DNA of 64,000 nt from NCBI GenBank assembly GCA_963707635.1, contig OY970173.1, positions 1,728,001 through 1,792,000 on the forward strand, read 5' to 3'. The notes beneath the pieces are model-generated. The model did no database searches. It saw only the letters and a list, made by a program, of their open reading frames with translations, and was not told where the DNA came from. This DNA is from Candidatus Latescibacterota bacterium (GTDB taxonomy: Bacteria > Krumholzibacteriota > Krumholzibacteriia > WVZY01 > JAKEHA01). Below are positions 1 to 10,494 of this stretch, piece by piece. Both the position numbers and the translations under genes were made by a program. Numbering within the stretch: the stretch's first letter is position 1; the number at the start of each line of letters is the position of its first letter.

Positions 1-596
1 ACCGCTACGTCTCGGCCGACGTGGCGGGCGGCGTGCTCGGCGGCGACAACGATTTCTACACCACGACCGTCAACTACCAGCGTTACCACACCGTCCGCAA
101 GAGTTCGGTCCTCGCCTGGCGCGCCCGGGTGGGGTACGCCGACGCCTACGGGAACTCGGCGGAAGTTCCGGTAGAGAACCGATTCTTCCTCGGCGGCGGA
201 AATTCCGTGCGCGGATACGGCGAATCCAGCCTCGGGCCGCGTTATATTGACGATGGAGGGGTGCTGCGCGTGAACGGCGGAGACTTCATGATGCTTGCCA
301 ACGTCGAGATACGCTTCCCGTTTCCGTTGCTCGGAAAATGGAACTTCGGGGGCGCGTTCTTTCTCGACTCCGGGAACGTCTGGGCGTCGGCGTCCGACGT
401 CCAGGGGAGTGACTTCCGCTTGAGCTCCGGGGCGGAGGAGACGACGTTCGATGACTACCGCTACGGCCTCGGGTTCGGTATCCGCTACAATACGCCCATC
501 GGGCCGATTCGCCTCGACTACGGGTATCCGACCAAGCCCGACACCGACACGGACGTGCACGGCGGGTTCTACTTCAGCCTCGGGCAGATTTTCTAG
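1..596 (+). CDS. Omp85-family (BamA/TamA) outer-membrane barrel, C-terminal part; truncated by window edge
   Basis: FFLGGGNSVRGY loop-6 motif, GFGIRYNTPIGPIRLDYG, C-terminal FSLGQIF; directly upstream of TamB-like gene. Confidence 0.9.
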   Translation, partial: RYVSADVAGGVLGGDNDFYTTTVNYQRYHTVRKSSVLAWRARVGYADAYGNSAEVPVENRFFLGGGNSVRGYGESSLGPRYIDDGGVLRVNGGDFMMLANVEIRFPFPLLGKWNFGGAFFLDSGNVWASASDVQGSDFRLSSGAEETTFDDYRYGLGFGIRYNTPIGPIRLDYGYPTKPDTDTDVHGGFYFSLGQIF

Positions 597-601
597 ACGC
601 G

Positions 602-3600
602 ATGGCGGAGACAGTCAGCAACGAGAAGCGCCGCGGGCGGATTCGACGGAAGGTTTCGTATGGAATCGCCGTGGTGGTGACCGCGCTGCTGGCCACACTC
701 TTCTACCAGGCGACGCAGCTGCTGCCCAAACGCGTCGCCCGTTACGTCAACGACAACTACCTGGCGGGGACGCCCTTCGAGCTCACGATCGAGGGGATTT
801 CGGGGAGCATCCTGCGCCGCATCGTGCTCAAGAACGCGGTGCTGCGCTACCACTCGTCGACCGCCTCGTACAACGTGTTTCGGGCCGACGAGATCTCCGT
901 GACCTACGAGCTCTTGCCGATGTTCGGGTTCCGCCTGATCGTCGACGACGTCCTGCTGCGCAACGTGGCGATCCACCTGCGCCAGGACGAGAACGGCCAA
1001 CTCGTGATCCCGTTCCCGCAGGGGAAGACAGGGGACGGCGGCGGCTGGTTCTCGCGCGCCTCGCCGCTGGTGCACGTTCGCCACTTCACCATCGACGGCC
1101 TCGAAATGACCTTCGGCGGTCGCGAGCTCGAGCTTGCCGTCCGCGACGTGAGCCTCGAGGGATCGGTCCGCTACATGAAGGGTGATGCCCGTCTCACCAT
1201 CGATGAGGGCAAGGCCTTCCTCGTCGACTCCGGCAAGACGGTTTCGGAGGTGCGGCTTTCCGCGCGCACCGACGGCACCTCTGTGCGACTGGACGACTTT
1301 GCGGTGCGCCTCGACGAATCGTTCGTCCTGGCGAGCGGGGAGTTTCGCCAGGGCCGCTTCGGCGGCGTCAACCTGGTCTTCAACCCGATTTCGCTGCCGG
1401 AGCTCCACGAGCTGGGGCTCGTGCCGGAGCTGGATGGACGCTTCCGCGGCAAGCTCTCCCTGTCCGGCCCGGTGGATTCGCTGCAGATCGCGGGCACCAT
1501 CTCCGGGAGCGGGTTCGGCGTCGAGCTTTCGGGCGTCGATTTCGAGGGCTCGTTCACGCCCCGGACGCTGGACCTCTCGCGCATCCGCGGCAAGGTATTC
1601 GGGTCGGGCATCGACGGCGCGTTCCAGGTCGGAATCGAGAGCGGAGATTTTGTCTACGAAGGGGAGTGCGAGGACCTCGACCTCTCGCGCGGCTTCATTC
1701 GGGACCGCGGGATTCCGCCGATGTCGCTCACCGGCCACGTCCGGGTCGTGCACACCAAGCGCGCGTCCCGGTACGAATGGTGGACCGACCTCACGCACGC
1801 GGTGGTGGACGGTTACGAGAGCTTTGCCGTGCAGGGCGACGGGGTGTGGGAGGACGCGACCGGCCTGTTGATTCGCCGGGCTGCACTCGATCGTCCCGGA
1901 TACCACGTCACCGGGTCCGGCACCGTTTCCTCTCCCGGCGACATCGCCGACATCCTCTTCGACGTGCAGGGAACCGACCTGGGTTACTTCTGGAAGCACT
2001 TCAAGCTCCCTCCGATCGGCGGGGCCGTGGCGGTAACCGGGAAACTCCAGGGTCCGCTGCACGATTTTCAAGTCAATCTCAACGGCGCGGTTCAGGGCCT
2101 CACGTTCCAGGCGTTCGCCATCGACAGCGGCCTGGTCCAGGCCGAGGTCCGCCGCGTCGGCACCCGGGCGCCGACGGTCAGCGTCTCGCTCTCCGGCCAT
2201 CGGGCCACGATCGCGGGCCGCCGGTTCGAGTCGCCGTCGGTGCTGATCGAAGTCGACACCTCGCTGGTCAGAGTGCAGACGGCGCGCTTCACGCGCGGCG
2301 ATACCGTGGTGGTGGTCGACCTCGACGTGAAGGCGCACGGCGCCCACTCGCGAATCAACGTGCGCCACGCGTCGGTCACGACGCCGCGGGAAACGTGGAG
2401 CACCCCCGGTCCCTCGACGGTCGTGATCGACAACGGCACCGCGAGGATCGATTCGCTGGTGCTGGCCTCGGGGCGCGGCGAGTTCGGGGTGGTGGGGACG
2501 TACCGGGAGAGGGAGCGATCGATGGATCTCGAGGTGTGGGGACGCGGCGCCCGGCTGCAACTGCTGCAGGAGGCGCTGCGCCTGCCGGTGCGGCTCGAAG
2601 GCTCGGGCGACATGGACCTGCGGCTCTACGGCGAGCTCGCTGACCCGCGTTTCGACCTGGAGCTCGCGGTCACGCAGGGCATCATCGACAGCGTGGCGTT
2701 CGACCGGCTCGTGGCGCGGGCCGCGTTCGACGGCGCGGTCTATCGCGTCGACCGCCTCGTCGCGGTCACGGAAGGGGACTCGGTGTTGGCCAGCGGCGCG
2801 TGGGCGTGCGGCCTATCGCCGGCGCGACTCGCGCGCGGCGACTCCACCGGGGTGGTGTGGAGCGCTCCGGTGTCGATGAATGCCCGGTTTGCCCGCTACC
2901 CGCTGGCCTCGGTGTTCGCCGCTTTGCATCGCCCCGCGCCGGTAGCGGCGGCGTACACGGGGATGCTGTCGGTGAGCGGCACGCTGGAGGCGCCGCGGAT
3001 CGCGGCGCGCGGGAAGATCGGGCCGGGCCGGGGACGCGGCCAGGAGCTTCCGCCCGCGCGGCTGGACGTCGAGTACGCGAACGGCACGCTGCGCGTCAAC
3101 GATGTCACGACGACCGCGGAGGCCGACGTGCGCGCGCGGGGGACGTTTCCCCTCGAGATTTCGATGCGCCGCGGGGCACGGATTCACACCGACCGGCCGA
3201 TGGAGTTCACGCTCGACATGGCCCCGCTCAAGGATCAGCCCGTCGAGCTGGGGCGGTATCTGGCCGGGGTGTCGCTCCTGCGCGGCATGCTCGAAGGCTC
3301 CGTGGTCGGGACGGGAACGCCGGCGGTGCCGCGGCTGGCGGGGGCCGTCTCCTTCTCCCGCGGCGAGTTGCAGGTGGTGGGACTGAAGGAGAGCTTCGCC
3401 GACGTGACGCTCAAGTTGAACTTCGTCGACGACGTGATCCGCGTGGCCTCGCTGACCGCGCGCTCGGGCAAGAAGGGCAGCCTGGTGGGGACGGGGTGGG
3501 CGCGCGTGTCCAATTACCGGCTCTCCGACTATCGCGTCGACGTGACCCTGAAGGAATTCCTGCTCCAGTCCATTCCCGACGTGGCGGTCCGCCAGGACGG

Positions 3601-4519
3601 CAGGCTGAGCGTGCAGCTGGTCTCGTGGCGCGACGGCCGGCGCATTCCCTCGATCACCGGAGCGCTGAACATCCGCGAGGCCACCATCTCCATGGACATC
3701 GCGCAGAAGGCGACCCCGGGCACCGGCTCGGAGTTCACGCGGCCCACCGATACGCCCGAATGGATCGCGAGCGTGGATCTGTTCGCGCCCAAGAATGTGT
3801 GGATTCGTAACCCCGACATGACGGTCGAGATGGGGACGGAGGACATGATTCTCAATCGCGACGAGCGCGGGCTGTATTTCCGCGGCGAGCTGGACATCCT
3901 GCGCGGTTCCTACCGGATCTACGGAAACAAGTTCACGATCACGAGCGGATGGATGAATTTCTCCGCCTCGGAAACGATGCGCCCCGAGATGCTCATCCAG
4001 GCGTATACCGTCCATAGAACCTCGGACGGCGACCACAACATCGACCTCACCTTCTCCTGGCCGCACGACAAGAAGGAGCCGCAGATCAACCTCGCTTACC
4101 CGGACGAGCCCGGGTACTCGGAAGCGGACATCTGGAAGATGCTCGGCGGCAGCATCAGCGCGGCCGGCGTGGCGACCAACGCGCTCGAGACGGCGATCAA
4201 CGAGCAGATGATGAGCGGGGTTACCGTCGACGTCGAGCAGCGGCAGGTCGAGAACAGCGCGACCACCAACATCGAGAAGGAGACGCTGGTCGGTATCGGC
4301 AAGTACCTCTGGGAAGACAATATCTACCTGCAGTACCGCCGGGGCCTGTCGGTCGGGGGCGAGCAGGAGGTCAACATGGAGTACCGGCCGACCTGGCTGA
4401 GCAGCCGGTTTCTCCTGCGCTCCCAGTTCATTTACAACTCCCAGAGGAACCGCTCGGGCATCGCGGGGAAGGATACGGACGAGTACAACGTCGACCTCAA
4501 ATACCGCTTCGAATACTAG
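602..4519 (+). CDS. tamB: TamB/AsmA-like translocation and assembly module protein (DUF490-type C-terminus)
   Basis: 1305 aa, single N-terminal membrane anchor, beta-rich body, C-terminal 'GKYLWEDNIYLQY...LKYRFEY'; adjacent to Omp85 gene. Confidence 0.8.
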   Translation: MAETVSNEKRRGRIRRKVSYGIAVVVTALLATLFYQATQLLPKRVARYVNDNYLAGTPFELTIEGISGSILRRIVLKNAVLRYHSSTASYNVFRADEISVTYELLPMFGFRLIVDDVLLRNVAIHLRQDENGQLVIPFPQGKTGDGGGWFSRASPLVHVRHFTIDGLEMTFGGRELELAVRDVSLEGSVRYMKGDARLTIDEGKAFLVDSGKTVSEVRLSARTDGTSVRLDDFAVRLDESFVLASGEFRQGRFGGVNLVFNPISLPELHELGLVPELDGRFRGKLSLSGPVDSLQIAGTISGSGFGVELSGVDFEGSFTPRTLDLSRIRGKVFGSGIDGAFQVGIESGDFVYEGECEDLDLSRGFIRDRGIPPMSLTGHVRVVHTKRASRYEWWTDLTHAVVDGYESFAVQGDGVWEDATGLLIRRAALDRPGYHVTGSGTVSSPGDIADILFDVQGTDLGYFWKHFKLPPIGGAVAVTGKLQGPLHDFQVNLNGAVQGLTFQAFAIDSGLVQAEVRRVGTRAPTVSVSLSGHRATIAGRRFESPSVLIEVDTSLVRVQTARFTRGDTVVVVDLDVKAHGAHSRINVRHASVTTPRETWSTPGPSTVVIDNGTARIDSLVLASGRGEFGVVGTYRERERSMDLEVWGRGARLQLLQEALRLPVRLEGSGDMDLRLYGELADPRFDLELAVTQGIIDSVAFDRLVARAAFDGAVYRVDRLVAVTEGDSVLASGAWACGLSPARLARGDSTGVVWSAPVSMNARFARYPLASVFAALHRPAPVAAAYTGMLSVSGTLEAPRIAARGKIGPGRGRGQELPPARLDVEYANGTLRVNDVTTTAEADVRARGTFPLEISMRRGARIHTDRPMEFTLDMAPLKDQPVELGRYLAGVSLLRGMLEGSVVGTGTPAVPRLAGAVSFSRGELQVVGLKESFADVTLKLNFVDDVIRVASLTARSGKKGSLVGTGWARVSNYRLSDYRVDVTLKEFLLQSIPDVAVRQDGRLSVQLVSWRDGRRIPSITGALNIREATISMDIAQKATPGTGSEFTRPTDTPEWIASVDLFAPKNVWIRNPDMTVEMGTEDMILNRDERGLYFRGELDILRGSYRIYGNKFTITSGWMNFSASETMRPEMLIQAYTVHRTSDGDHNIDLTFSWPHDKKEPQINLAYPDEPGYSEADIWKMLGGSISAAGVATNALETAINEQMMSGVTVDVEQRQVENSATTNIEKETLVGIGKYLWEDNIYLQYRRGLSVGGEQEVNMEYRPTWLSSRFLLRSQFIYNSQRNRSGIAGKDTDEYNVDLKYRFEY

Positions 4520-4531
4520 CGAGGTTCGGGC

Positions 4532-4561
4532 TTGTTCGCCGCCGAGGCCGCTTCGTATAAT
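4532..4561 (+). promoter_or_regulatory. Candidate sigma70 promoter
   Basis: TTGTTC-18 nt-TATAAT upstream of ATG 4609. Confidence 0.45.
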
Positions 4562-4608
4562 TGAGGGTGATAGCCCCTCGCGCCCAGCCCCGGGCGAAGG
4601 GTCAGCCC

Positions 4609-7600
4609 ATGAGACGACATCCGGTAGTATCGACGGTCGGGTTCATTCTGCTCGCGGTCGGGCTGTGCGTGCAGTCCGCGTCCGCGCAGGGCTTCGGCCG
4701 CAACAAGATCCAGTACCGCGACTACCAGTGGAGCGTCCTCTCCACTCCCCATTTCGACATCCACTACTACCAGGGGTCCGAGGCCTTTGCCGCGCGCGCC
4801 GCGCTGGTCCTCGAAGACGGCTACGAGCAGTATTCCTACCAGCTGAAGGAAGTTCTCCCCTGGAAGGTGCCGGTCATCCTGTACGCGAGCCACGCCGACT
4901 TCCTCGAGACCAACGTGTCGCCGGAGCAGTTGAGCGAGGGCGTGCAGGCGTTCGCGGAACCGTCGCGACGACGGATCGTGCTGCCGTTCACCAGCTCATT
5001 CAAGGAGTTCGAGCACACGGCCATCCACGAGCTCGCCCACGTATTCACCTTCAACATCGTGTACAACCGGATGCTCGACAACGTGTTCACGCGCAACTAC
5101 CTGTTCCCGATGCCGCTGTGGGTGGCCGAGGGGTTGGCCGAGTACCTGTCGGAGGGGTGGGATGCGGACGCGGACATGTTCGTGCGCGACGCCGTCCTTC
5201 ACGATTACCTCTACCCGTTCTACATGCTGAGCGGGTTCTACGTGTATAAGGAAGGCCAGTCGGTCTTCAACTATATCGCGGAGACCTACGGGCCCGAGAA
5301 GGTGCTCGAGATCCTGGACGCGCTGGCCGGCACCCGCAGCGCCCAGGCGGCGCTGCAGCGCACCATCGGTCTGACCGAGCAGGAATTGTACGAGAAGTGG
5401 TCGAAGGCGCTGCGCAAACACTACTGGCCGCTCTATCCCGACAAGCAGGAGATCGAGGATGTCGGACGGCGGCTGACCGACCACGAAGCCGACCACGGCT
5501 ACTACAACACCAAGCCGATTCTTTCGCCCGACGGCGAATACATTGTCTTCTTCTCCGACCGCTCCGGCATGATCGAGATCTACGTGATGTCGGCACTCGA
5601 CGGCAAGGTCATCGCCCGGGTTGTGACCGGCTCGCGCTCCAACCGCTACGAGTCGCTGCACCTGCTGACCAGCTCGCTCTGCTTCGATCCGACCGGCGAC
5701 CGGGTGGCGTTCGTGGCCAAGAACAAGGGCCACGACGCGCTGTTCGTCAAGAACATCAAGACCGGGGATGAATGGCGCTGCGAGATCGAGTCCGACGGGC
5801 TGACCGCTCCGGCGTGGAGTCCCATCACCGACGAGATCGCGCTGTCGGCCACGTTCCACGGGCAGACGGATCTGATCCTGGTCGACCTCGAAAACGGAAA
5901 GGTCCGGCGCCTCACCAACGATGCGGATGACCAGCTGACGCCGCGCTTCTTTCCCGACGGCAGGCGCCTGGTGTTCGTCCACTATCCCGAGGTCACGATT
6001 CCGGTCCCGCTCGACTTCAGCGGTCCGAACCGGAAGCGGTTGAGCGAGATTGATTTCCTGGCCCACGGCAACGTGAAGCACGGGATGACCTATGACATCT
6101 GGGAGATCGACATGGAAAGCGGGGCGCAGCGGCCGCTGGTCGAGTCTCCGGGCGATGACACGGATCCCATCGTCCTCTCGGACGGGAAGACGCTCATCTA
6201 CGCGTCCGACGAGTCCGGAGTCAACAACCTGCACGCGGGCAACATCGAGACGGGCGACTACTACCGGTTCACCGATGTGCTGGGCGGGTTGTTCACCCCG
6301 AGCGTCCACGAGGAAAAGGGCAGGATCGCGTTTGCGGGGTTCGTGAAGGGCGGCTGGGACGTCTACGTTTCCGACGATCTGAGCACCATGCTCTCGCGGC
6401 GCTACCTCCAGCCCACGCGCAGCGTGCTCGCGCACGACCCGAACATATTCGCCCGCCGTCCGGAGGCGGCCGTGGCTCCCATCCCGGCTCCCGCCCAGGT
6501 CCCCGTCCCAGGTATGGCACAGCTGATACACCCCGCCGATTCGGTGATGGTCGCGGTCACCGTCGACGACACCACCAGCACGGCCGGCGTCGACTCCACC
6601 GCGGCGGGGGAACTGTCCGGCCTGGCGACGACGTCCGACATCGCCGCGTACGAACCCCCGGTTCGCGCGCCGACGCCGCCCGCACCCGCGGCGCCGCCCC
6701 CGAACGCGAATGCGTCCGCTGGCAACGCGCGGGTGGAAGGAATCACGTCGCCGGTCGGGGACGAGGAGATGATGTTCCGCGGCGCGACGGTGGAGCCGTA
6801 CAAGATGCGCCTCTCGCCCGATTACATCGGCAGCGGCGGCGGCCTGTACTTCTCCACCGGCTTCGGATTCGGGATCGCGAACAGCGTGGCGCTGTCCGAC
6901 ATACTCGGCGACAACCACCTCACGTTCGCGTTCAATCTGTACCAGGACATCGCGCAGTCCGACTTCCTGCTGGCGTTTTCGTCGCTGAAACGGCGCGCCG
7001 ATTTTGCGGCGGGCGTCTACCAGTTCAGCACGTACTTCGACAGCCGCTCCACGTCGGTCGGCGAGGCGTTTTCCGGGTACCGGCTCTTCAGCGAGCGCAA
7101 CTACGGTGTCTTCGGCCTGATGAGCCTCCCCTTCAACAAGTTCTACCGCATGGAGACCGACATCCAGGCCTACTATTCGGATCGCGAGTTCTACGAGCGC
7201 GCGAATCCGCAGTCGGGCTTCACCTACAACACGGCCTCGCGCTCGAAGGTGAGGCTGATCGAGCCGTCGGTCGCGCTGGTGCACGACTCGGCGTTCTTCG
7301 GACCGTTCGGCCCGGTGGAAGGGTCGCGCTGGCGCGCGTCGCTCGCGCAGGGCGTCGCGACCAGCAGCCAGGACATTGCGCGCACGACCGCCTACCTCGA
7401 CTGGCGGCGGTACAAGACCATCTTCTGGCGGAACTCGCTGGCGTTCCGTGTCTCCGGCGCCGGCAGCCGGGGCGAGGACCCGCGCGTGTTCTTTCTCGGC
7501 GGCCCGACGACGCTCCGCGGCTACGACTACCAGCAGTTCGAAGGCACGCGGATGTGGCTGGCGAGCATGGAGTATCGCTTCCCGCTGCTCGACGCGATCA

Positions 7601-7872
7601 TCTTCGGCTGGCCGGGGCGCTGGGGGCTGACCAACATCGGCGGCACCGCGTTCTTCGACGTCGGCAGCGCGTTCTACGGCGACTGGCCGCGCTTCACCGA
7701 CAGCTCGGTGAACGGACTGCGCCTGAGCGACGCCGCCCACGCCGACGTGGGATTCGGCGTGTACATGTACCTCGGGTACTTCCTCATGAGCTTCCAGTTC
7801 GCCTGGCCCACGGACTTCTACGAGTTCGCCAACGACATGCAGTTCCATTTCTACATGGGCCCGACGTTCTAG
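4609..7872 (+). CDS. Chimeric Omp85-family protein: Zn-metallopeptidase (MA clan) + PD40/TolB-like beta-propeller + Omp85-like barrel
   Basis: Signal peptide ending ASA-QGFGRNKIQY; HELAH plus WVAEGLAEY; SPDG/PAWSP propeller repeats; Pro/Ala linker; FFLGGPTTLRGY and C-terminal Phe. Confidence 0.8.
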   Translation: MRRHPVVSTVGFILLAVGLCVQSASAQGFGRNKIQYRDYQWSVLSTPHFDIHYYQGSEAFAARAALVLEDGYEQYSYQLKEVLPWKVPVILYASHADFLETNVSPEQLSEGVQAFAEPSRRRIVLPFTSSFKEFEHTAIHELAHVFTFNIVYNRMLDNVFTRNYLFPMPLWVAEGLAEYLSEGWDADADMFVRDAVLHDYLYPFYMLSGFYVYKEGQSVFNYIAETYGPEKVLEILDALAGTRSAQAALQRTIGLTEQELYEKWSKALRKHYWPLYPDKQEIEDVGRRLTDHEADHGYYNTKPILSPDGEYIVFFSDRSGMIEIYVMSALDGKVIARVVTGSRSNRYESLHLLTSSLCFDPTGDRVAFVAKNKGHDALFVKNIKTGDEWRCEIESDGLTAPAWSPITDEIALSATFHGQTDLILVDLENGKVRRLTNDADDQLTPRFFPDGRRLVFVHYPEVTIPVPLDFSGPNRKRLSEIDFLAHGNVKHGMTYDIWEIDMESGAQRPLVESPGDDTDPIVLSDGKTLIYASDESGVNNLHAGNIETGDYYRFTDVLGGLFTPSVHEEKGRIAFAGFVKGGWDVYVSDDLSTMLSRRYLQPTRSVLAHDPNIFARRPEAAVAPIPAPAQVPVPGMAQLIHPADSVMVAVTVDDTTSTAGVDSTAAGELSGLATTSDIAAYEPPVRAPTPPAPAAPPPNANASAGNARVEGITSPVGDEEMMFRGATVEPYKMRLSPDYIGSGGGLYFSTGFGFGIANSVALSDILGDNHLTFAFNLYQDIAQSDFLLAFSSLKRRADFAAGVYQFSTYFDSRSTSVGEAFSGYRLFSERNYGVFGLMSLPFNKFYRMETDIQAYYSDREFYERANPQSGFTYNTASRSKVRLIEPSVALVHDSAFFGPFGPVEGSRWRASLAQGVATSSQDIARTTAYLDWRRYKTIFWRNSLAFRVSGAGSRGEDPRVFFLGGPTTLRGYDYQQFEGTRMWLASMEYRFPLLDAIIFGWPGRWGLTNIGGTAFFDVGSAFYGDWPRFTDSSVNGLRLSDAAHADVGFGVYMYLGYFLMSFQFAWPTDFYEFANDMQFHFYMGPTF

Positions 7873-7965
7873 CGCGCATCCGCCGCGCGCCCTGCATCCC
7901 GTCCGAAATTGTCCTCCCGCGCGCCGCGCCGGCTGTGTTAGTTTTCCTGTGAACCACACACCGCC

Positions 7966-10179
7966 ATGTCGCACACCACCGAATTGAACGAACGCCAGCG
8001 CGAAGCCGTCCTGGCCACCGAGGGCCCCATCCTGGTGATCGCGGGCGCCGGGAGCGGGAAGACGCGCGTGCTCACCGAGCGCATCGCCCACCTGGTCGGC
8101 GACGTCGGCGTGGCGCCCTACCAGATTCTGGCGTTCACGTTCACCAACAAGGCCGCGCGCGAGATGAAGGAACGCCTGGAGCGCGCGCGCCCCGGCGCGA
8201 CCGAGATGCTATGGGTGGGGACGTTTCACTCCACCGGCGTGCGTATCCTGCGCCGCCACGGCGAGGCGGCGGGAGTGCATCGGGATTTCAGCATCTACGA
8301 CGCGGACGACAGCCTCGGGCTGGTGAAGACGGTGCTCTCGCGCCATCCCAACGACGCGCGCTTCATCAAGTCGCCGCGCGCGCTCCGGGATCGCATCAGC
8401 CGGATGAAGAACGACCTGGTGACCCCTTCGCTCGCGGGCGAGAAGGCGGTGAGCGCCGGCGAGCAGCGCGTGGCGGCGCTCTACGCCGAGTACGAGCGCG
8501 AGCTCAAGCGCGCCAACGCGCTCGACTTCGACGACCTGATCATGAAGGTGGTCGAGCTGTTCGCGGCCAGCGACGAGGCGCGGGAGGCGTACGCGCGCCG
8601 CTTCCGCTACATTCTGGTCGACGAGTTCCAGGACACCAACCCGATCCAGATGGCGATGATCGACGGCCTTTCGTCGGTGCACCGCAACCTGTTCGTGGTG
8701 GGCGACGACGACCAGTCGATCTACAGCTGGCGCGGCGCGCGGGTCGAACACATCCTCGAGTTCGAGGGAGTCTACGCTGACACCCGCGTAATACGATTGG
8801 AGCAGAACTACCGCTCCACCCAGACCATCCTGGATGCGGCCAACGGCGTCATCGAGCACAACCAGGGCCGCAAGGGCAAGCGCCTGTGGACCGAGGGCGG
8901 TGTGGGGGAGAAGGTGCGCGTTAGCGGGAGCGTCGACGAAGAGGCAGAAGCCCTCGCGGTGCTGGGTGCGGTGAAGCGCGAGGTCGCCGCGGGCACCAGT
9001 CTCAAGGACATCGCGATCCTCTACCGGACCAACGCGCAGTCGCGGGCGCTCGAGGACGTGTTCAAGATGGGCTCGATGCCGTATCAGATCATCGGCTCGG
9101 TGCGTTTTTACGAGCGCGCGGAGGTGCGCGACGTGCTGGCGTATTGCAAGGCGCTCGCCAACCCGGCCGACGACTTGAGTGTGAAGCGCATTATCAATGT
9201 CCCGCGGCGCGGGATCGGGAAGACGTCCGTGGACCAGATCGAGGAGATCGCGGTCGCGCGCGGCGGGTCGATGCTCGACGCCATGCGGGCACCGGGGGAC
9301 GGGCTGGGCGCGGCGGCGGCCGCGCGCTGCCGGTCGTTTCTGGAGGTCTTCGACGCCTTGAAGCTGATCGCGGACAGCGAGGTCGCGCCGCACGCGATCG
9401 ACGCCATTCTCAAGACCACGGGCTACCTGAAGTATCTGGAAGAAGTCTACCCGGACGTGGAGGCGCGGGTGGAGAACGTGGAGGAACTGCTGTCGGCCGC
9501 CTACACCTTCGCCGAGAGCGCCGAAGACAAGTCGTTGCGCGCGTTCCTCGAGGAGATCGCGCTGGTGGCCGACGTCGATTCGATCGACCTCGAGAGCGGC
9601 CAGCTCACGCTCATGACCCTGCACAACGCCAAGGGCCTCGAGTTCGACACCGTGATCGTCACCGGCATGGAAGAGGGGCTGTTTCCGCACTACAATTCCA
9701 TCGACGACCCGGCGGCGGTGGAAGAGGAACGCCGCCTCTTCTACGTGGGCATGACGCGGGCCCGACGGCGGCTGTTTCTCACCTTCGCCGGCATGAGGCG
9801 GCGTCTCGGCCTGATGGAAGGGGGGGTGCCGTCGCGGTTTCTCTCCGAGATCCCCGATCGCTGCCTCGAAGAACCCTTCGAGCCGATGCTCGCGCCCTCG
9901 GGTCCGCTGTTCTCCGGCCGCCCGGGCGCGCGCTGGGGATCGGGGCGTGCGTTCGCCAACGAGTACGCGCAGCCGGCCCCGGCCGGGGACGAATCGTTCT
10001 CGCAGGACGCGCCCGCGTCGAGCTACGCAGTCGGGATGCGCGTCATGCACGAACGATTCGGCAAGGGCATCGTGCGTCGCGTGGAGGGGCGTGGAGGCGA
10101 GCTCCGCGTCACGGTGATCTTCGACGCGGGCGGGGAGCGAAAGTTTCTTGCCAGCTACGCGCCGATGCGCCCGTTGTAA
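7966..10179 (+). CDS. pcrA: ATP-dependent DNA helicase UvrD/PcrA
   Basis: AGAGSGKT, VDEFQDTN, VGDDDQSIYSWRGA, LEQNYRS, TLHNAKGLEF, EEERRLFYVGMTRAR; C-terminal Tudor-like domain. Confidence 0.95.
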   Translation: MSHTTELNERQREAVLATEGPILVIAGAGSGKTRVLTERIAHLVGDVGVAPYQILAFTFTNKAAREMKERLERARPGATEMLWVGTFHSTGVRILRRHGEAAGVHRDFSIYDADDSLGLVKTVLSRHPNDARFIKSPRALRDRISRMKNDLVTPSLAGEKAVSAGEQRVAALYAEYERELKRANALDFDDLIMKVVELFAASDEAREAYARRFRYILVDEFQDTNPIQMAMIDGLSSVHRNLFVVGDDDQSIYSWRGARVEHILEFEGVYADTRVIRLEQNYRSTQTILDAANGVIEHNQGRKGKRLWTEGGVGEKVRVSGSVDEEAEALAVLGAVKREVAAGTSLKDIAILYRTNAQSRALEDVFKMGSMPYQIIGSVRFYERAEVRDVLAYCKALANPADDLSVKRIINVPRRGIGKTSVDQIEEIAVARGGSMLDAMRAPGDGLGAAAAARCRSFLEVFDALKLIADSEVAPHAIDAILKTTGYLKYLEEVYPDVEARVENVEELLSAAYTFAESAEDKSLRAFLEEIALVADVDSIDLESGQLTLMTLHNAKGLEFDTVIVTGMEEGLFPHYNSIDDPAAVEEERRLFYVGMTRARRRLFLTFAGMRRRLGLMEGGVPSRFLSEIPDRCLEEPFEPMLAPSGPLFSGRPGARWGSGRAFANEYAQPAPAGDESFSQDAPASSYAVGMRVMHERFGKGIVRRVEGRGGELRVTVIFDAGGERKFLASYAPMRPL

Positions 10180-10188
10180 GGAGTACGC

Positions 10189-10494
10189 ATGTCCGGACTC
10201 GATCGCGAAGCGGTCCGTCACCTCGAACGCCTCGCCCGCATCGAACTGGCCGCGGACGAGGTAGAAACCATCACCGCCCAGCTCCGCCGCATCGTCAGCT
10301 TCGTGGAGAAGCTCCAGGCGGCCGACGTGACCGGTGTCGAGCCCACGCGGTCGATGTCGCACGAGCCGCTCGATCGCCTGCGCGACGACGTGGTGACGCC
10401 CCCGCTGGAGCGCGCGGACGTGCTGGCGCAGGCGCCCGATGTGTCCGGCGATTTCTTCCGCGTTCCGCGCATCATCGAGAAGGTGGACGAGTGA
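10189..10494 (+). CDS. gatC: Asp-tRNA(Asn)/Glu-tRNA(Gln) amidotransferase subunit C
   Basis: LARI..., LRDD, FFRVPRII; first gene of gatCAB. Confidence 0.95.
   Translation: MSGLDREAVRHLERLARIELAADEVETITAQLRRIVSFVEKLQAADVTGVEPTRSMSHEPLDRLRDDVVTPPLERADVLAQAPDVSGDFFRVPRIIEKVDE

Noticed and set aside
4996..8091. Very long antisense or alternate-frame ORFs (e.g. 4996..8091-, 10218..12887-, 38096..40936-)
   Set aside because: Shadows of real genes caused by high GC3; Arg/Gly/Ala-rich with no family motifs
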